Origin: Escherichia coli | GTDB taxonomy: Bacteria > Pseudomonadota > Gammaproteobacteria > Enterobacterales > Enterobacteriaceae | DNA length: 64,000 nucleotides | Direction: 5' to 3' (one strand) | NCBI RefSeq assembly: GCF_003018255.1 | Contig: NZ_CP027440.1 | Shown: in pieces, positions 15,524 to 24,466 of the stretch | Layout of the letters: each line of letters opens with the position of its first letter | Numbering within the stretch: position 1 is the stretch's first letter | Program-made: the position numbers and the translations under genes | Notes under the pieces: model-generated | The model's input: the letters and a program-made list of their open reading frames with translations, nothing else | Told to the model about the DNA's origin: nothing | Database searches by the model: none

Positions 15524-15748
15524 ATGAAGAAATTACTGGTAACCGTAAAGCCTTTTCAGGGAACAATTCCGTTCCGTATTTTGCAGCGTGGTCGTGTTCT
15601 TGTTGAAGGTTCGTTCAGTGGTAAATGTACGCAATTACGCTCCCGGACCTTTCAGGTGAATGCCACGAATGAAGAGCTAACCGTTGAGTGTACGATGAAT
15701 GCCGCTAAATGCCGTATGGTATCGGCTGCATTACAGCCAGTGTGTTGA
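15524..15748 (+). CDS. hypothetical 74-aa protein
   Basis: ATG 15524 with SD GGAG 7 nt upstream. No family recognised. Confidence 0.4.
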   Translation: MKKLLVTVKPFQGTIPFRILQRGRVLVEGSFSGKCTQLRSRTFQVNATNEELTVECTMNAAKCRMVSAALQPVC

Positions 15749-16086
15749 GCGACCTTATTATCCATGCGCGGTATTGTCGCCGTATTCCCGTATTAACAGA
15801 GACCGCAGCCCGACAGGGAGACTCCTCTGCGCGAGTGTGCGGGGATAATCAAAAACGATACACACCGGGGTTTACCGCGTTAACGGAGCGCGGCGTTGTC
15901 CCCTCATGGTCGCTGGTCCGGTGCGATGGTGGAAGAAACCGGACGATGTGTTACCTCGCAAGACCTGTTATGTCATGTGTCTGATTTGTGATTTAAGTCG
16001 GATAATTGTCGTTGCCATTAAGCAGAGGATTGATGGCCGACAGGGTGGCATTGTTAGAATAAGACTTATTCTTATCTGTGCCGGGA

Positions 16087-16419
16087 ATGAAAATGAAAAG
16101 AAATCTTCCGTTAATTATTTTGTTGTCTTCTCTGGTTATGGGCTGTACGCAACATAAAACAGATATGCCCCGACAGTTGGTTAAGGCATTACCACAATAT
16201 CCGGCCTATGCAGCGGCAAATTATATAAAGGGACGGGTTGATGTGAAGTTTGATATTGGTGCTGATGGTACTGTCACCCGAATTGAGTTTATCCGTTCAG
16301 AGCCGCACCATCTGTTTGATGAGCAGGTTGTAAAGGCGATGGCAAAATGGCGATTTGAGAAGGACAGGCCGCGTAAAGGCGTGAAGAAAACGTTTATCTT
16401 TAGTCCTTCTGCACCCTGA
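16087..16419 (+). CDS. lipoprotein carrying a TonB C-terminal-like domain
   Basis: Signal peptide plus lipobox LVMG|C. LPQYPAYAAANYIKGRVDVKFDIGADGTVTRIEFIRSEPHHLFDEQVVKAMAKWRFE matches the remembered TonB C-terminal pattern [56 protein letters not shown]. Confidence 0.8.
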   Translation: MKMKRNLPLIILLSSLVMGCTQHKTDMPRQLVKALPQYPAYAAANYIKGRVDVKFDIGADGTVTRIEFIRSEPHHLFDEQVVKAMAKWRFEKDRPRKGVKKTFIFSPSAP

Positions 16420-16550
16420 TTATTTCATCAGAAATTAATTATCACTCTGTTGTTATTCTGTACATCCCGGCTGGGTAAGTCTTGTTCCGCCGGGTATGAA
16501 GATGAAATATTGTTGGAGGACAGTGGGTACCTGCTCCTGTAACCGAACGT

Positions 16551-16751
16551 TCATTTCTCGTTATTTGTCATGCTGGCCGGACGCAGATGCGTTGCATCTG
16601 TTGCCAGCCTTCTCCTGCAGGCTTCAATAACCCACGCTGAAAAGTTACCGGACCCTTTATGCTCAAGGGCGATGTTGATCTGTTCAATCATGTGATTGGG
16701 GAAACGGATATTGCGGGTTGTGGTTCTGCGGGTCCGGTTTTTCGATGACAT
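16551..16751 (-). CDS. YlcI/YnfO-family (DUF3950) small protein
   Basis: 66 aa from the internal ATG: MSSKNRTRRTTTRNIRFPNHMIEQINIALEHKGSGNFSAWVIEACRRRL. Near-identical N-terminal 50 aa to the remembered DLP12 YlcI. Confidence 0.8.
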   Translation of the reverse strand: MSSKNRTRRTTTRNIRFPNHMIEQINIALEHKGSGNFSAWVIEACRRRLATDATHLRPASMTNNEK

Positions 16752-16792
16752 ATTTATTTCCTTTACTGATTGCCATATGACGGGGATTTTAC

Positions 16793-17158
16793 ATGGCTCA
16801 GCTTCGTACACTCCAGAGCAGAATCAAAACACTGAATACCCGACGGGTGAATATTCTGAAGGGTGAACAGCGTCGTGTCAGTGGCAGTGCACGTGTTTCC
16901 CTCAAGCGTCATATCTGGCTCAGGGACGCCGGGCAGTGCTGTCTCTGTGGTCGTGTGGTTGACCTCTGTGACAGTGAACTCGATCACCGAATTGCACTTC
17001 AGTTCGGTGGTGGTAATGAGGAGACGAATCTCTGGACGCTCTGTACCGAATGCCATCGACAAAAGTCTGCTCGTGAAGCGGCGGGTGGTATGCCGGACCC
17101 GACGCTGCCGGAGGTGTCCGGAGGTAGTGACAGAGCGGACGACATCATCGGACTGTAA
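16793..17158 (+). CDS. HNH endonuclease (terminase-associated)
   Basis: CCLCG...LDHRIAL..GG.N...NLWTLCTECHRQK is an HNH motif. It lies directly upstream of terS/terL, as in HK97-like packaging modules. Confidence 0.85.
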   Translation: MAQLRTLQSRIKTLNTRRVNILKGEQRRVSGSARVSLKRHIWLRDAGQCCLCGRVVDLCDSELDHRIALQFGGGNEETNLWTLCTECHRQKSAREAAGGMPDPTLPEVSGGSDRADDIIGL

Positions 17159-17251
17159 CCCGACCCGGGGGGGTATCATCCGGCGTAAAAAACGATCGCT
17201 TTGGACACCGCGCCCCCTCTCACGCAGAGAAAAAATTCCCGTTTCAGGGCA

Positions 17252-17373
17252 GTTAACATGTTAACTGGCTGTCCGGGCATTTTTGCGGTTTTTATCTTTA
17301 TTATTCAGTTTGTTGCGTGGAAAAAATGTTAACAGGCTTTTTCAGCAAATGTTAACCAGGCAGCAGTTAACAT
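17252..17373. promoter_or_regulatory. cluster of five ATGTTAAC octamers (candidate terminase small-subunit / cosB-like binding sites)
   Basis: GTTAACAT 17252-17259, ATGTTAAC 17258-17265, 17326-17333 and 17349-17356, GTTAACAT 17366-17373. Located between the HNH gene and terS. Confidence 0.45.
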
Positions 17374-17446
17374 TTGCGGCATGAGACGCCGGGAAAAATG
17401 GCTGAACCATACCCGGCTGAGTGCGTTCTGGACCCGGGAGGAGGCT

Positions 17447-18010
17447 GTGCTGACAACGCAAAAACGAAAATTTGCGCTGGCGCTCATGTCCGGGAAAAAC
17501 AAAACAGCGTCAGCCATTGCCGCCGGTTATTCGGCGAAGACAGCCAGGGTTAAAGGCTCGCAGCTGGCAAAAGATCCGGAGGTGCTTGCGTTTATAGCCC
17601 GTAAACAGTGCGAGACGGTGGAGGTGGATGAGGTTCCTGTTTACCGGCAGAAAAAATCAGAGCAGGAGGATAAACCCCGTCGCCGTGAGGCGGCTGCAAT
17701 ACCACAGCCGGACGAAACAAATCCGGAGATGCCACCGCCCGTGGTGATATCTCCTGGTATTGAGTATATGGAGGACGGTCTTCCCGATCCGGTGAAAGCG
17801 ATGGGGCGTCTTCTGGTGGAGAACATTAATACCGACCCCAGGCTGGCGCTGGATGCGGCTTATAAGCTGGCGCAGTTCACGCACCACAAAAAAGGGGATG
17901 CCGGTAAAAAATCGGCAAAAGGTGACGCGGCGAAAAAAGCGGCTAACCGTTTTGCGGTGCCACCACCACCCCGACTGGTGGTGAATAATGATAATGAGGG
18001 CAACGGATGA
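17447..18010 (+). CDS. terminase small subunit (P27 / Terminase_2 type)
   Basis: GTG 17447 with SD GGAGGAGG upstream. LTTQKRKFALALMSGKNKTASAIAAGYSAKTARVKGSQLAKDPEV is typical of TerS N-termini. The ORF-track ATG 17381 is an alternative start. Confidence 0.75.
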   Translation: MLTTQKRKFALALMSGKNKTASAIAAGYSAKTARVKGSQLAKDPEVLAFIARKQCETVEVDEVPVYRQKKSEQEDKPRRREAAAIPQPDETNPEMPPPVVISPGIEYMEDGLPDPVKAMGRLLVENINTDPRLALDAAYKLAQFTHHKKGDAGKKSAKGDAAKKAANRFAVPPPPRLVVNNDNEGNG

Positions 18011-19668
18011 TACCTGTGTGGAGCACGGCCTGCCCGGACTGGGCAGAGCGCCTGAAAAAGGGGCTGTCGATTATTCCGGCCCCGATTTATTCGGATCAGG
18101 CTGCACATGCACTGGCGATTTTTAAACAACTGCGGATTGTGGATGCACCGGGCAGCCCGACGTTCGGGGAGTCCTGCGCACAGTGGGTGTTTGACCTGGT
18201 GGCGGCCCTGTTTGGCTCCTACGATGCGCAGACCGGTGTACGCCATATCAAGGAAGTTTTTATCCTTATCCCCAAGAAAAACAGCAAGTCCACGCTGGCT
18301 GCCGGGATCATGATGACGGCGCTGTTACTGAACTGGCGGCAGGCGGCGGGCTACACCATTCTGGCCCCGACCGTGGAGGTGGCGGCTAACGCCTTTAATC
18401 CTGCGCGGGATATGGTACGACGGGACGATGATCTGGATGACCTCTGCCAGGTGCAGACACATATCCGGACCATCACCCACAGGGTGACGGACACCACCCT
18501 TAAGGTGGTGGCTGCCGACCCGAATACGGTATCCGGTATCAAGTCCGTGGGGACGCTGATTGATGAACTGTGGTTATTTGGCAAGCAGTACAAAGCGGAG
18601 GACATGTTACGTGAAGCCATAGGCGGCCTTGCCTCCCGCCCGGAAGGGTTTGTGGTGTATACGACCACCCAGTCGAATGAGCCGCCAGCCGGGGTGTTCA
18701 GACAGAAACTGCAGTACGCCCGGGATGTCCGTGACGGCAAAATTCATGATCCGCACTTTCTGCCGGTGATATTTGAGCATCCGCCGGAGATGGTGGAGCG
18801 CGGTGAGCACCTGCTGATGGAAAACCTCGCCATGGTCAATCCGAATCTCGGTTATTCGGTGGATGAGGCTTTTCTGTACCGGGAGTACCGTAAAGCCCGG
18901 GAGGCTGGTGAGGAAGCATTTCGTGGCTTCATGTCAAAACATGCCAATGTGGAAATTGGTCTTGCCCTGCGTTCTGACCGCTGGACGGGTGCGGATTTCT
19001 GGGAGCAGCAGGGCAGGCGCGTCAGCCTGGACGATATCCTGCAGCGCGCTGATGTGGTGACGGTGGGGATTGACGGCGGGGGCCTGGATGATCTGCTGGG
19101 AATGTACGTGATTGGCCGTGACAGGGAAACCCGCGAATGGCTGGGCTGGGGCCATGCCTGGGCGCATGAAACCGCGGTGGTCAGACGGAAGAGTGAGGCA
19201 TCCCGGTTTCAGGATTTTGTGGCCTGTGGAGATATGACGATTGTCCGTCGGGTCGGGGATGACACGGCGGAAGTGGCGGAGTATGTGCGTCGTATTCATG
19301 AGGCTGAGTTACTGGAGCATATCGGTATTGACCCGTCAGGTGTGGGGCAGATTCTGGATTCACTGGCGGAAGCCGGGATCCCCGACGGAATTGTTGTGGG
19401 GATAAGCCAGGGCTGGAAGCTGGGCGGGGCCATAAAAACCACCGAGCGCAAACTGGCTGAGGGAGTGCTGGTGCATGGTGGTCAGCCACTGATGGCCTGG
19501 TGCGTTGGCAATGCCCGGGTGGAGCCGAAAGGTAACGCCATCCTTATTACCAAACAGGCCAGCGGACGGGGGAAAATTGACCCGCTGATGGCGCTCTTCA
19601 ATGCGGTATCCCTGATGTCCCTGAATCCGGAGCCGAAAAAGAAAGAATATGCGGTTTTTTTCATATAA
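18007..19668 (+). CDS. terminase large subunit (Terminase_1 / HK97 type)
   Basis: 553 aa. 4-nt overlap with terS. Walker-A-like PKKNSKST. Typical size and position. Confidence 0.85.
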   Translation: MIPVWSTACPDWAERLKKGLSIIPAPIYSDQAAHALAIFKQLRIVDAPGSPTFGESCAQWVFDLVAALFGSYDAQTGVRHIKEVFILIPKKNSKSTLAAGIMMTALLLNWRQAAGYTILAPTVEVAANAFNPARDMVRRDDDLDDLCQVQTHIRTITHRVTDTTLKVVAADPNTVSGIKSVGTLIDELWLFGKQYKAEDMLREAIGGLASRPEGFVVYTTTQSNEPPAGVFRQKLQYARDVRDGKIHDPHFLPVIFEHPPEMVERGEHLLMENLAMVNPNLGYSVDEAFLYREYRKAREAGEEAFRGFMSKHANVEIGLALRSDRWTGADFWEQQGRRVSLDDILQRADVVTVGIDGGGLDDLLGMYVIGRDRETREWLGWGHAWAHETAVVRRKSEASRFQDFVACGDMTIVRRVGDDTAEVAEYVRRIHEAELLEHIGIDPSGVGQILDSLAEAGIPDGIVVGISQGWKLGGAIKTTERKLAEGVLVHGGQPLMAWCVGNARVEPKGNAILITKQASGRGKIDPLMALFNAVSLMSLNPEPKKKEYAVFFI

Positions 19669-19731
19669 CCCTGTTCACCCTGTAACCATCATGGACCGCT
19701 GCGGCGGTTTTTTTATTTTCAGGAGGCTGAT

Positions 19732-21669
19732 GTGACTCTTAAACGGGCCTGCTCCCTGCTGACGGTGAAATCCTTCAGTGAGGATGAGAGGGTGATCACC
19801 GGGATTGCGTCAACGCCTTCTCCGGATCGGGATGGTGACATCCTGGAGCCGGAGGGCGCGGAGTTTGGCAGTGCGATCCCGTTTCTCTGGCAGCATGACC
19901 ATTCCCGCCCGGTGGGGCAGTGTACGGTGCGCCGGGTCAGCGAAGGGCTGGAAATCACGGCAACACTGGCGAAGCCCGTGCCGGATATGCCATCGCAACT
20001 GGCTGCCAGGCTGGATGAGGCCTGGGCGGCCATTAAGACCGGGCTGGTCAGGGGGCTGTCCGTGGGCTTCCGTCCTCATGAATACACCTTTCTGGACGGA
20101 GGCGGACTGCATTTTCTGCGCTGGGAGCTGATGGAGGTGTCTGCCGTCACCGTGCCCGCGAATGCGGAATGCACCATCCGGACCATTAAATCTTACGACC
20201 GCCAGTTTTCTGCCGCGTCCGGCAACCGGAAACCGGTGGTGAAAATCGCATCTTCTGCCGGCGCTGCGGCACAGTCAACAACCGTTTTTCATAAGGAAAA
20301 GACCATAATGAATATTGGCGAACAGATTAAAAGTTTTGAAAACAAGCGTGCAGCACTGGCAGCCTCCCTTGAGGAGGTCATGACCAAAGCCGCAGAGGAA
20401 GGGCGCACGCTGGATGTGGAGGAGGAAGAGCATTACGACAACACCGCAGCGGAAATACGTCAGGTGGATGCGCACCTGAAGCGCCTGCGTGAACTGGAAG
20501 CCGGTAAGGCCGCCACGGCGCAGCCGGTGAAACAGGCCGGTAACGGGAATGTGGCCGCGGTGGCTTCTGCGCCTGTGATCCGTGTGGAGCAGAAACTGGA
20601 TAAGGGGATTGGTTTCGCACGTTTTGCCAAATCGCTGGCTGCGGCTAAAGGTGTCCGCTCTGAAGCCCTGGAAGTGGCCCGTCGTCAGTATCCGGATGAC
20701 AGTCGTCTGCATCATGTCCTGAAATCGGCAGTGGGCGCGGGGACCACCACGGATCCGCAGTGGGCAGGCAGCCTGTCTGAATATCAGGAATACGCACAGG
20801 ACTTTATTGATTACCTGCGTCCTCAGACCATTATCGGGCGATTTGGTCAGGGCGGGATCCCTGCACTTCGTCAGGTGCCGTTCAATATCCGTGTGCACGC
20901 CCAGGTGTCGGGCGGTGCTGCCGGCTGGGTGGGGGAGGGTAAGGCAAAACCCCTGACGAAGTTTGATTTTGAATCCATCACCTTCAGTCATGCGAAGGTG
21001 TCGGCCATTGCGGTACTGACGGAAGAATTGATCCGTTTTTCCAGTCCGGCTGCTGATGCACTGGTCCGTAATGCGCTGGCGGAAGCGGTGGTGGCGCGTC
21101 TGGATACAGACTTTGTGGACCCGAAAAAAGCGGCGGTGGCAGATGTCTCCCCGGCGTCCATCACCCATGATGTGAAGGGCACGGCCTCAAGCGGTAACCC
21201 GGATGCGGATGCAGAGGCGGCGTTTGGACAGTTTGTTGCAGCAAACCTGCAGCCCACCGGTGCGGTCTGGCTGATGTCCAGCACCAATGCTCTGGCGCTG
21301 TCCATGCGTAAAAATGCGCTGGGTCAGAAAGAATACCCGGACATGACCCTGCTGGGTGGCTCCTTCCAGGGGCTGCCGGTGATTGTCTCCCAGTACGTGG
21401 GTGACCAGCTGGTGCTGGTGAATGCCCCGGATATTTATCTGGCGGATGACGGCGGCGTGGCAGTGGATATGTCCCGCGAGGCATCACTGGAAATGCAGTC
21501 TGAGCCGACCGGCGACAGTACCACGCCGTCGCCGGTGGAGCTGGTTTCCATGTTCCAGACAGGCAGCGTGGCCATCCGTGCGGAGCGCTGGATCAACTGG
21601 CGTCGTCGCCGTACCGCGGCGGTGGCGGTGATCACCGGAGTGAACTATGGCAGTGCGTCCGGCGGCTGA
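19732..21669 (+). CDS. fused prohead protease (S78/U35) - scaffold-like delta domain - HK97-fold major capsid protein
   Basis: 645 aa. The N-terminal ~170 aa are protease-like (ITGIASTPSPDRDGDILEPEGAEF). A coiled-coil segment follows (MNIGEQIKSFENKRAALAASLEEV...), then the capsid domain. Confidence 0.75.
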   Translation: MTLKRACSLLTVKSFSEDERVITGIASTPSPDRDGDILEPEGAEFGSAIPFLWQHDHSRPVGQCTVRRVSEGLEITATLAKPVPDMPSQLAARLDEAWAAIKTGLVRGLSVGFRPHEYTFLDGGGLHFLRWELMEVSAVTVPANAECTIRTIKSYDRQFSAASGNRKPVVKIASSAGAAAQSTTVFHKEKTIMNIGEQIKSFENKRAALAASLEEVMTKAAEEGRTLDVEEEEHYDNTAAEIRQVDAHLKRLRELEAGKAATAQPVKQAGNGNVAAVASAPVIRVEQKLDKGIGFARFAKSLAAAKGVRSEALEVARRQYPDDSRLHHVLKSAVGAGTTTDPQWAGSLSEYQEYAQDFIDYLRPQTIIGRFGQGGIPALRQVPFNIRVHAQVSGGAAGWVGEGKAKPLTKFDFESITFSHAKVSAIAVLTEELIRFSSPAADALVRNALAEAVVARLDTDFVDPKKAAVADVSPASITHDVKGTASSGNPDADAEAAFGQFVAANLQPTGAVWLMSSTNALALSMRKNALGQKEYPDMTLLGGSFQGLPVIVSQYVGDQLVLVNAPDIYLADDGGVAVDMSREASLEMQSEPTGDSTTPSPVELVSMFQTGSVAIRAERWINWRRRRTAAVAVITGVNYGSASGG

Positions 21670-21713
21670 GTCTGATAAGGAGGACGGGAGGCGTGCGCCT
21701 CCCGTAACAGGTT

Positions 21714-21935
21714 ATGGCAAAGATCCGATATCTGCAGGGCACGCATGATGCCCGGGCCGGGGATATCCGTGATGTGGCACAGCCGTGTGCGGAGGTGCTG
21801 GTTCGCCTGGGAAAGGCGGAGTACATCACGGTGCGACGTCCGGCAGGTCAGAAAAAGAAACGTGATGCGGAGCATGGCGAATGTGGAACCTTTTACGGCG
21901 AACCCGAAAAAACCAGAAATCAGGACGTGACGTAA
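21714..21935 (+). CDS. hypothetical small head-module protein
   Basis: 73 aa; overlaps the portal start by 55 nt. No family recognised. Confidence 0.3.
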   Translation: MAKIRYLQGTHDARAGDIRDVAQPCAEVLVRLGKAEYITVRRPAGQKKKRDAEHGECGTFYGEPEKTRNQDVT

Positions 21936-24466
21936 GAGAGGAGGGCTGGACCAGCCTGTTTCAGGCGGTGGCTGAGCCCTTTTCCGGCGCCTGGCAGCAG
22001 GGCGTGAAAGCCGATCCTGAAGCCGTCCTCTCCTTTCATGCGGTGTTTGCATGTATTTCGCTGATATCCCAGGATATCGCCAAAATGCGGCTGCGTCTTA
22101 TGCAGACGGATGCGCATGGGATACGCAGGGAAACGCGCCGGGGGGATATTGCCCGCCTCTGTCGTCGCCCCAATGCGCAGCAGAACCGCATTCAGTTTTT
22201 TGAACTGTGGCTGAACGCCAAACTGCGTCACGGCAATACGGTGGTGCTGAAAATCCGTAATGCCCGGGGGCAGATCAAAGAACTGCGTATTCTGGACTGG
22301 AACCGGGTTGAACCTCTGGTGGCGGATGACGGCGAGGTGTTCTACCGCATCACGCCGGACCGGAACTGCGGGATCACTGAGGCGGTGACGGTGCCTGCCC
22401 GGGAAGTGATCCATGATCGGTTTAACTGTTTTTTTCATCCGCTTATAGGGTTGCCGCCGGTGTATGCCGCCGGGCTGGCGGCCACGCAGGGGCATCATAT
22501 TCAGGAAAATTCGACGTCTTTTTTCAGAAATGGCGGCAGGCCGTCCGGGGTGATTGAGATCCCCGGCAGTATTACGGAAGAAAATGCGAAAAAACTGAAG
22601 AGCAACTGGGACAGCGGGTATACAGGCGAAAATGCGGGGAAAACGGCCATTCTGAGCAACGGGGCAAAATACAACCCCACGACGTTTTCACCGGTGGATG
22701 CGCAGACGGTGGAACAACTGAAGATGACCGCTGAAATTGTCTGTTCGGTGTTCCGTGTTCCGGCCTACAAGATTGGCGTGGGACAACCGCCTTCCAGTGA
22801 CAATGTGGAGGCGCTGGAGCAGCAGTATTATTCCCAGTGCCTGCAGACGCTGATTGAGTCCATTGAACTGTTACTGGATGAGGCGCTGGAAACGGGGGAA
22901 AACGAGAGTACGGAATTTGATGTCACCACGCTGCTGAGAATGGACAGTGAGCGGCGCATGAAAACGCTGGGGGATGCGGTGAAAAATACGCTTCTCACGC
23001 CCAATGAGGCCCGTAAACGGGAGAACCTGCCGCCCCTGGCCGGCGGAGATGCACTGTATCTTCAGCAGCAGAACTACAGTCTGGAGGCGCTGTCCCGTCG
23101 TGATGCCCGTGAGGATCCGTTCGCGTCGACCGGGAAAACGGCCTTAGCGCAACCGCCTGACGGCGCATCTGACGGTAATAAGGCAATCACTGAAACAGAG
23201 CATGATGCGGTGAAGGCGATGTTCAGGGGGGATACTGCGAAAATGACGGAACGGGAACTGTCCATTATCCGTGCGCTGGGTGAAGAATTTTCCGCAGTGC
23301 TGGCGGATTTACAGCGCACATTTGAGGGGAAAATAGCCGCGCAGGCACAAACGTTTGAAGAAAAACTGGCGTCCCTGTCTGTGGTATTACAGAAGTGCGT
23401 GACGGGCGATGATGTGCGTCCGATGCTTGAGCAGATGGTGAAGGAGGCGGTAAGCCATATCCCTGTTCCGCGTGATGGTCGTGATTACGATCCGGAAGTA
23501 CTGCAGAAGGCGGTGAATGATGCGGTCGCAAATATTCCGCAGCCGGCGGACGGTAAAAGTCTCACCCCGGATGATGTGCGTCCGATGCTTGAACAGATGG
23601 TGACAGAGGCAGTGAGCCATATTCCTGTTCCGCGTGATGGTCGTGACTACGATCCGGATGTTCTGCAGAAGGCGGTGAATGATGCGGTCGCAAATATTCC
23701 GCAGCCGGCGGACGGTAAAAGTCTCACCCCGGATGATGTGCGTCCGATGCTTGAACAGATGGTGAAGGAGGCGGTAAGCCATATCCCTGTTCCGCGTGAT
23801 GGTCGTGACTACGATCCGGATGTTCTGCAGAAGGCGGTGAATGATGCGGTCGCAAATATTCCGCAGCCGGCAGACGGTAAAAGTATCACCCCGGATGATG
23901 TGCGTCCGATGCTTGAACAGATGGTGAAGGAGGCGGTAAGCCATATTCCTGTTCCGCGTGATGGTCGTGACTATGATCCCGATGTTCTGCAGAAGGCTGT
24001 TCTGGATGCGGTGAGTGCCCTGCCGGCTCCGCAGGATGGGCGTGATGCCACTGCACTGGAAATACTCCCTGCCATTGACGATCAAAAATCCTTTCCCCGG
24101 GGCACGTATGCCACACACCAGGGCGGACTCTGGCGGGCGTATGAAAAAACGCACGGGATGCGGGGATGGGAATGCCTGGTTGACGGGGTGGCGGATATTG
24201 ACGTCAGCATTACGGGGGAACGGTCGTTCTCTGTGGTGATCCGGCAGAGCAGTGGTCAGTGTACGGAAAAAACATTTTCCCTGCCGGTGATGCTCTACCG
24301 CGGTGTGTTCAGAGCCGGTGAAACCTACCACCCCGGCGATACGGTAACGTGGGGCGGCTCGTTGTGGCACTGCAACAGTATGACCGGTGATAAACCCGGA
24401 GAAGCTCATTCATCAGGCTGGACCCTGGCTGCAAAACGTGGGCGGGATGCAGGAGGTGGAAAGTGA
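21881..24466 (+). CDS. portal protein (HK97 family) with a ~440-aa C-terminal extension (coiled coil, 54-aa repeats, beta-rich terminal domain)
   Basis: 861 aa. The N-terminal ~420 aa are portal-like (size, position, FHPLIGLPPVYAAGLAA..., ENAGKTAILSNGAKY). The remainder is atypical for portals. Confidence 0.7.
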   Translation: MWNLLRRTRKNQKSGRDVREEGWTSLFQAVAEPFSGAWQQGVKADPEAVLSFHAVFACISLISQDIAKMRLRLMQTDAHGIRRETRRGDIARLCRRPNAQQNRIQFFELWLNAKLRHGNTVVLKIRNARGQIKELRILDWNRVEPLVADDGEVFYRITPDRNCGITEAVTVPAREVIHDRFNCFFHPLIGLPPVYAAGLAATQGHHIQENSTSFFRNGGRPSGVIEIPGSITEENAKKLKSNWDSGYTGENAGKTAILSNGAKYNPTTFSPVDAQTVEQLKMTAEIVCSVFRVPAYKIGVGQPPSSDNVEALEQQYYSQCLQTLIESIELLLDEALETGENESTEFDVTTLLRMDSERRMKTLGDAVKNTLLTPNEARKRENLPPLAGGDALYLQQQNYSLEALSRRDAREDPFASTGKTALAQPPDGASDGNKAITETEHDAVKAMFRGDTAKMTERELSIIRALGEEFSAVLADLQRTFEGKIAAQAQTFEEKLASLSVVLQKCVTGDDVRPMLEQMVKEAVSHIPVPRDGRDYDPEVLQKAVNDAVANIPQPADGKSLTPDDVRPMLEQMVTEAVSHIPVPRDGRDYDPDVLQKAVNDAVANIPQPADGKSLTPDDVRPMLEQMVKEAVSHIPVPRDGRDYDPDVLQKAVNDAVANIPQPADGKSITPDDVRPMLEQMVKEAVSHIPVPRDGRDYDPDVLQKAVLDAVSALPAPQDGRDATALEILPAIDDQKSFPRGTYATHQGGLWRAYEKTHGMRGWECLVDGVADIDVSITGERSFSVVIRQSSGQCTEKTFSLPVMLYRGVFRAGETYHPGDTVTWGGSLWHCNSMTGDKPGEAHSSGWTLAAKRGRDAGGGK
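23408..23995 (+). repeat. in-frame 162-bp tandem repeats inside the portal gene (3 full copies plus ~100 bp of a fourth)
   Basis: Units start at 23408, 23570, 23732 and 23894, each beginning GATGATGTGCGTCCGATGCTTGA. Each encodes DDVRPMLEQMVKEAVSHIPVPRDGRDYDP(E/D)VLQKAVNDAVANIPQPADGKS(L/I)TP. Confidence 0.95.

Noticed and set aside
15709-16157. ORFs 15709..15984 and 15906..16157 between orf74 and the TonB-like lipoprotein gene
   Set aside because: No RBS and a Cys/Arg-rich, atypical composition. They overlap each other and the lipoprotein gene start. This is probably non-coding or decayed DNA.
20275-21168. 297-aa minus-strand ORF, plus other long antisense ORFs (20988..21305, 21161..21487) inside the capsid gene
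   Set aside because: They lie entirely antisense to a well-supported GC-rich capsid gene. The composition is Arg/His/Gly/Cys-rich and low-complexity, there is no RBS, and they look like typical shadow ORFs.
23387-24409. 340-aa minus-strand ORF with internal repeats
   Set aside because: It is the antisense reading of the portal 162-bp repeats. The plus-strand frame is continuous with the portal domain and uses ordinary codons, whereas the minus frame is His/Arg/Ile-rich nonsense.
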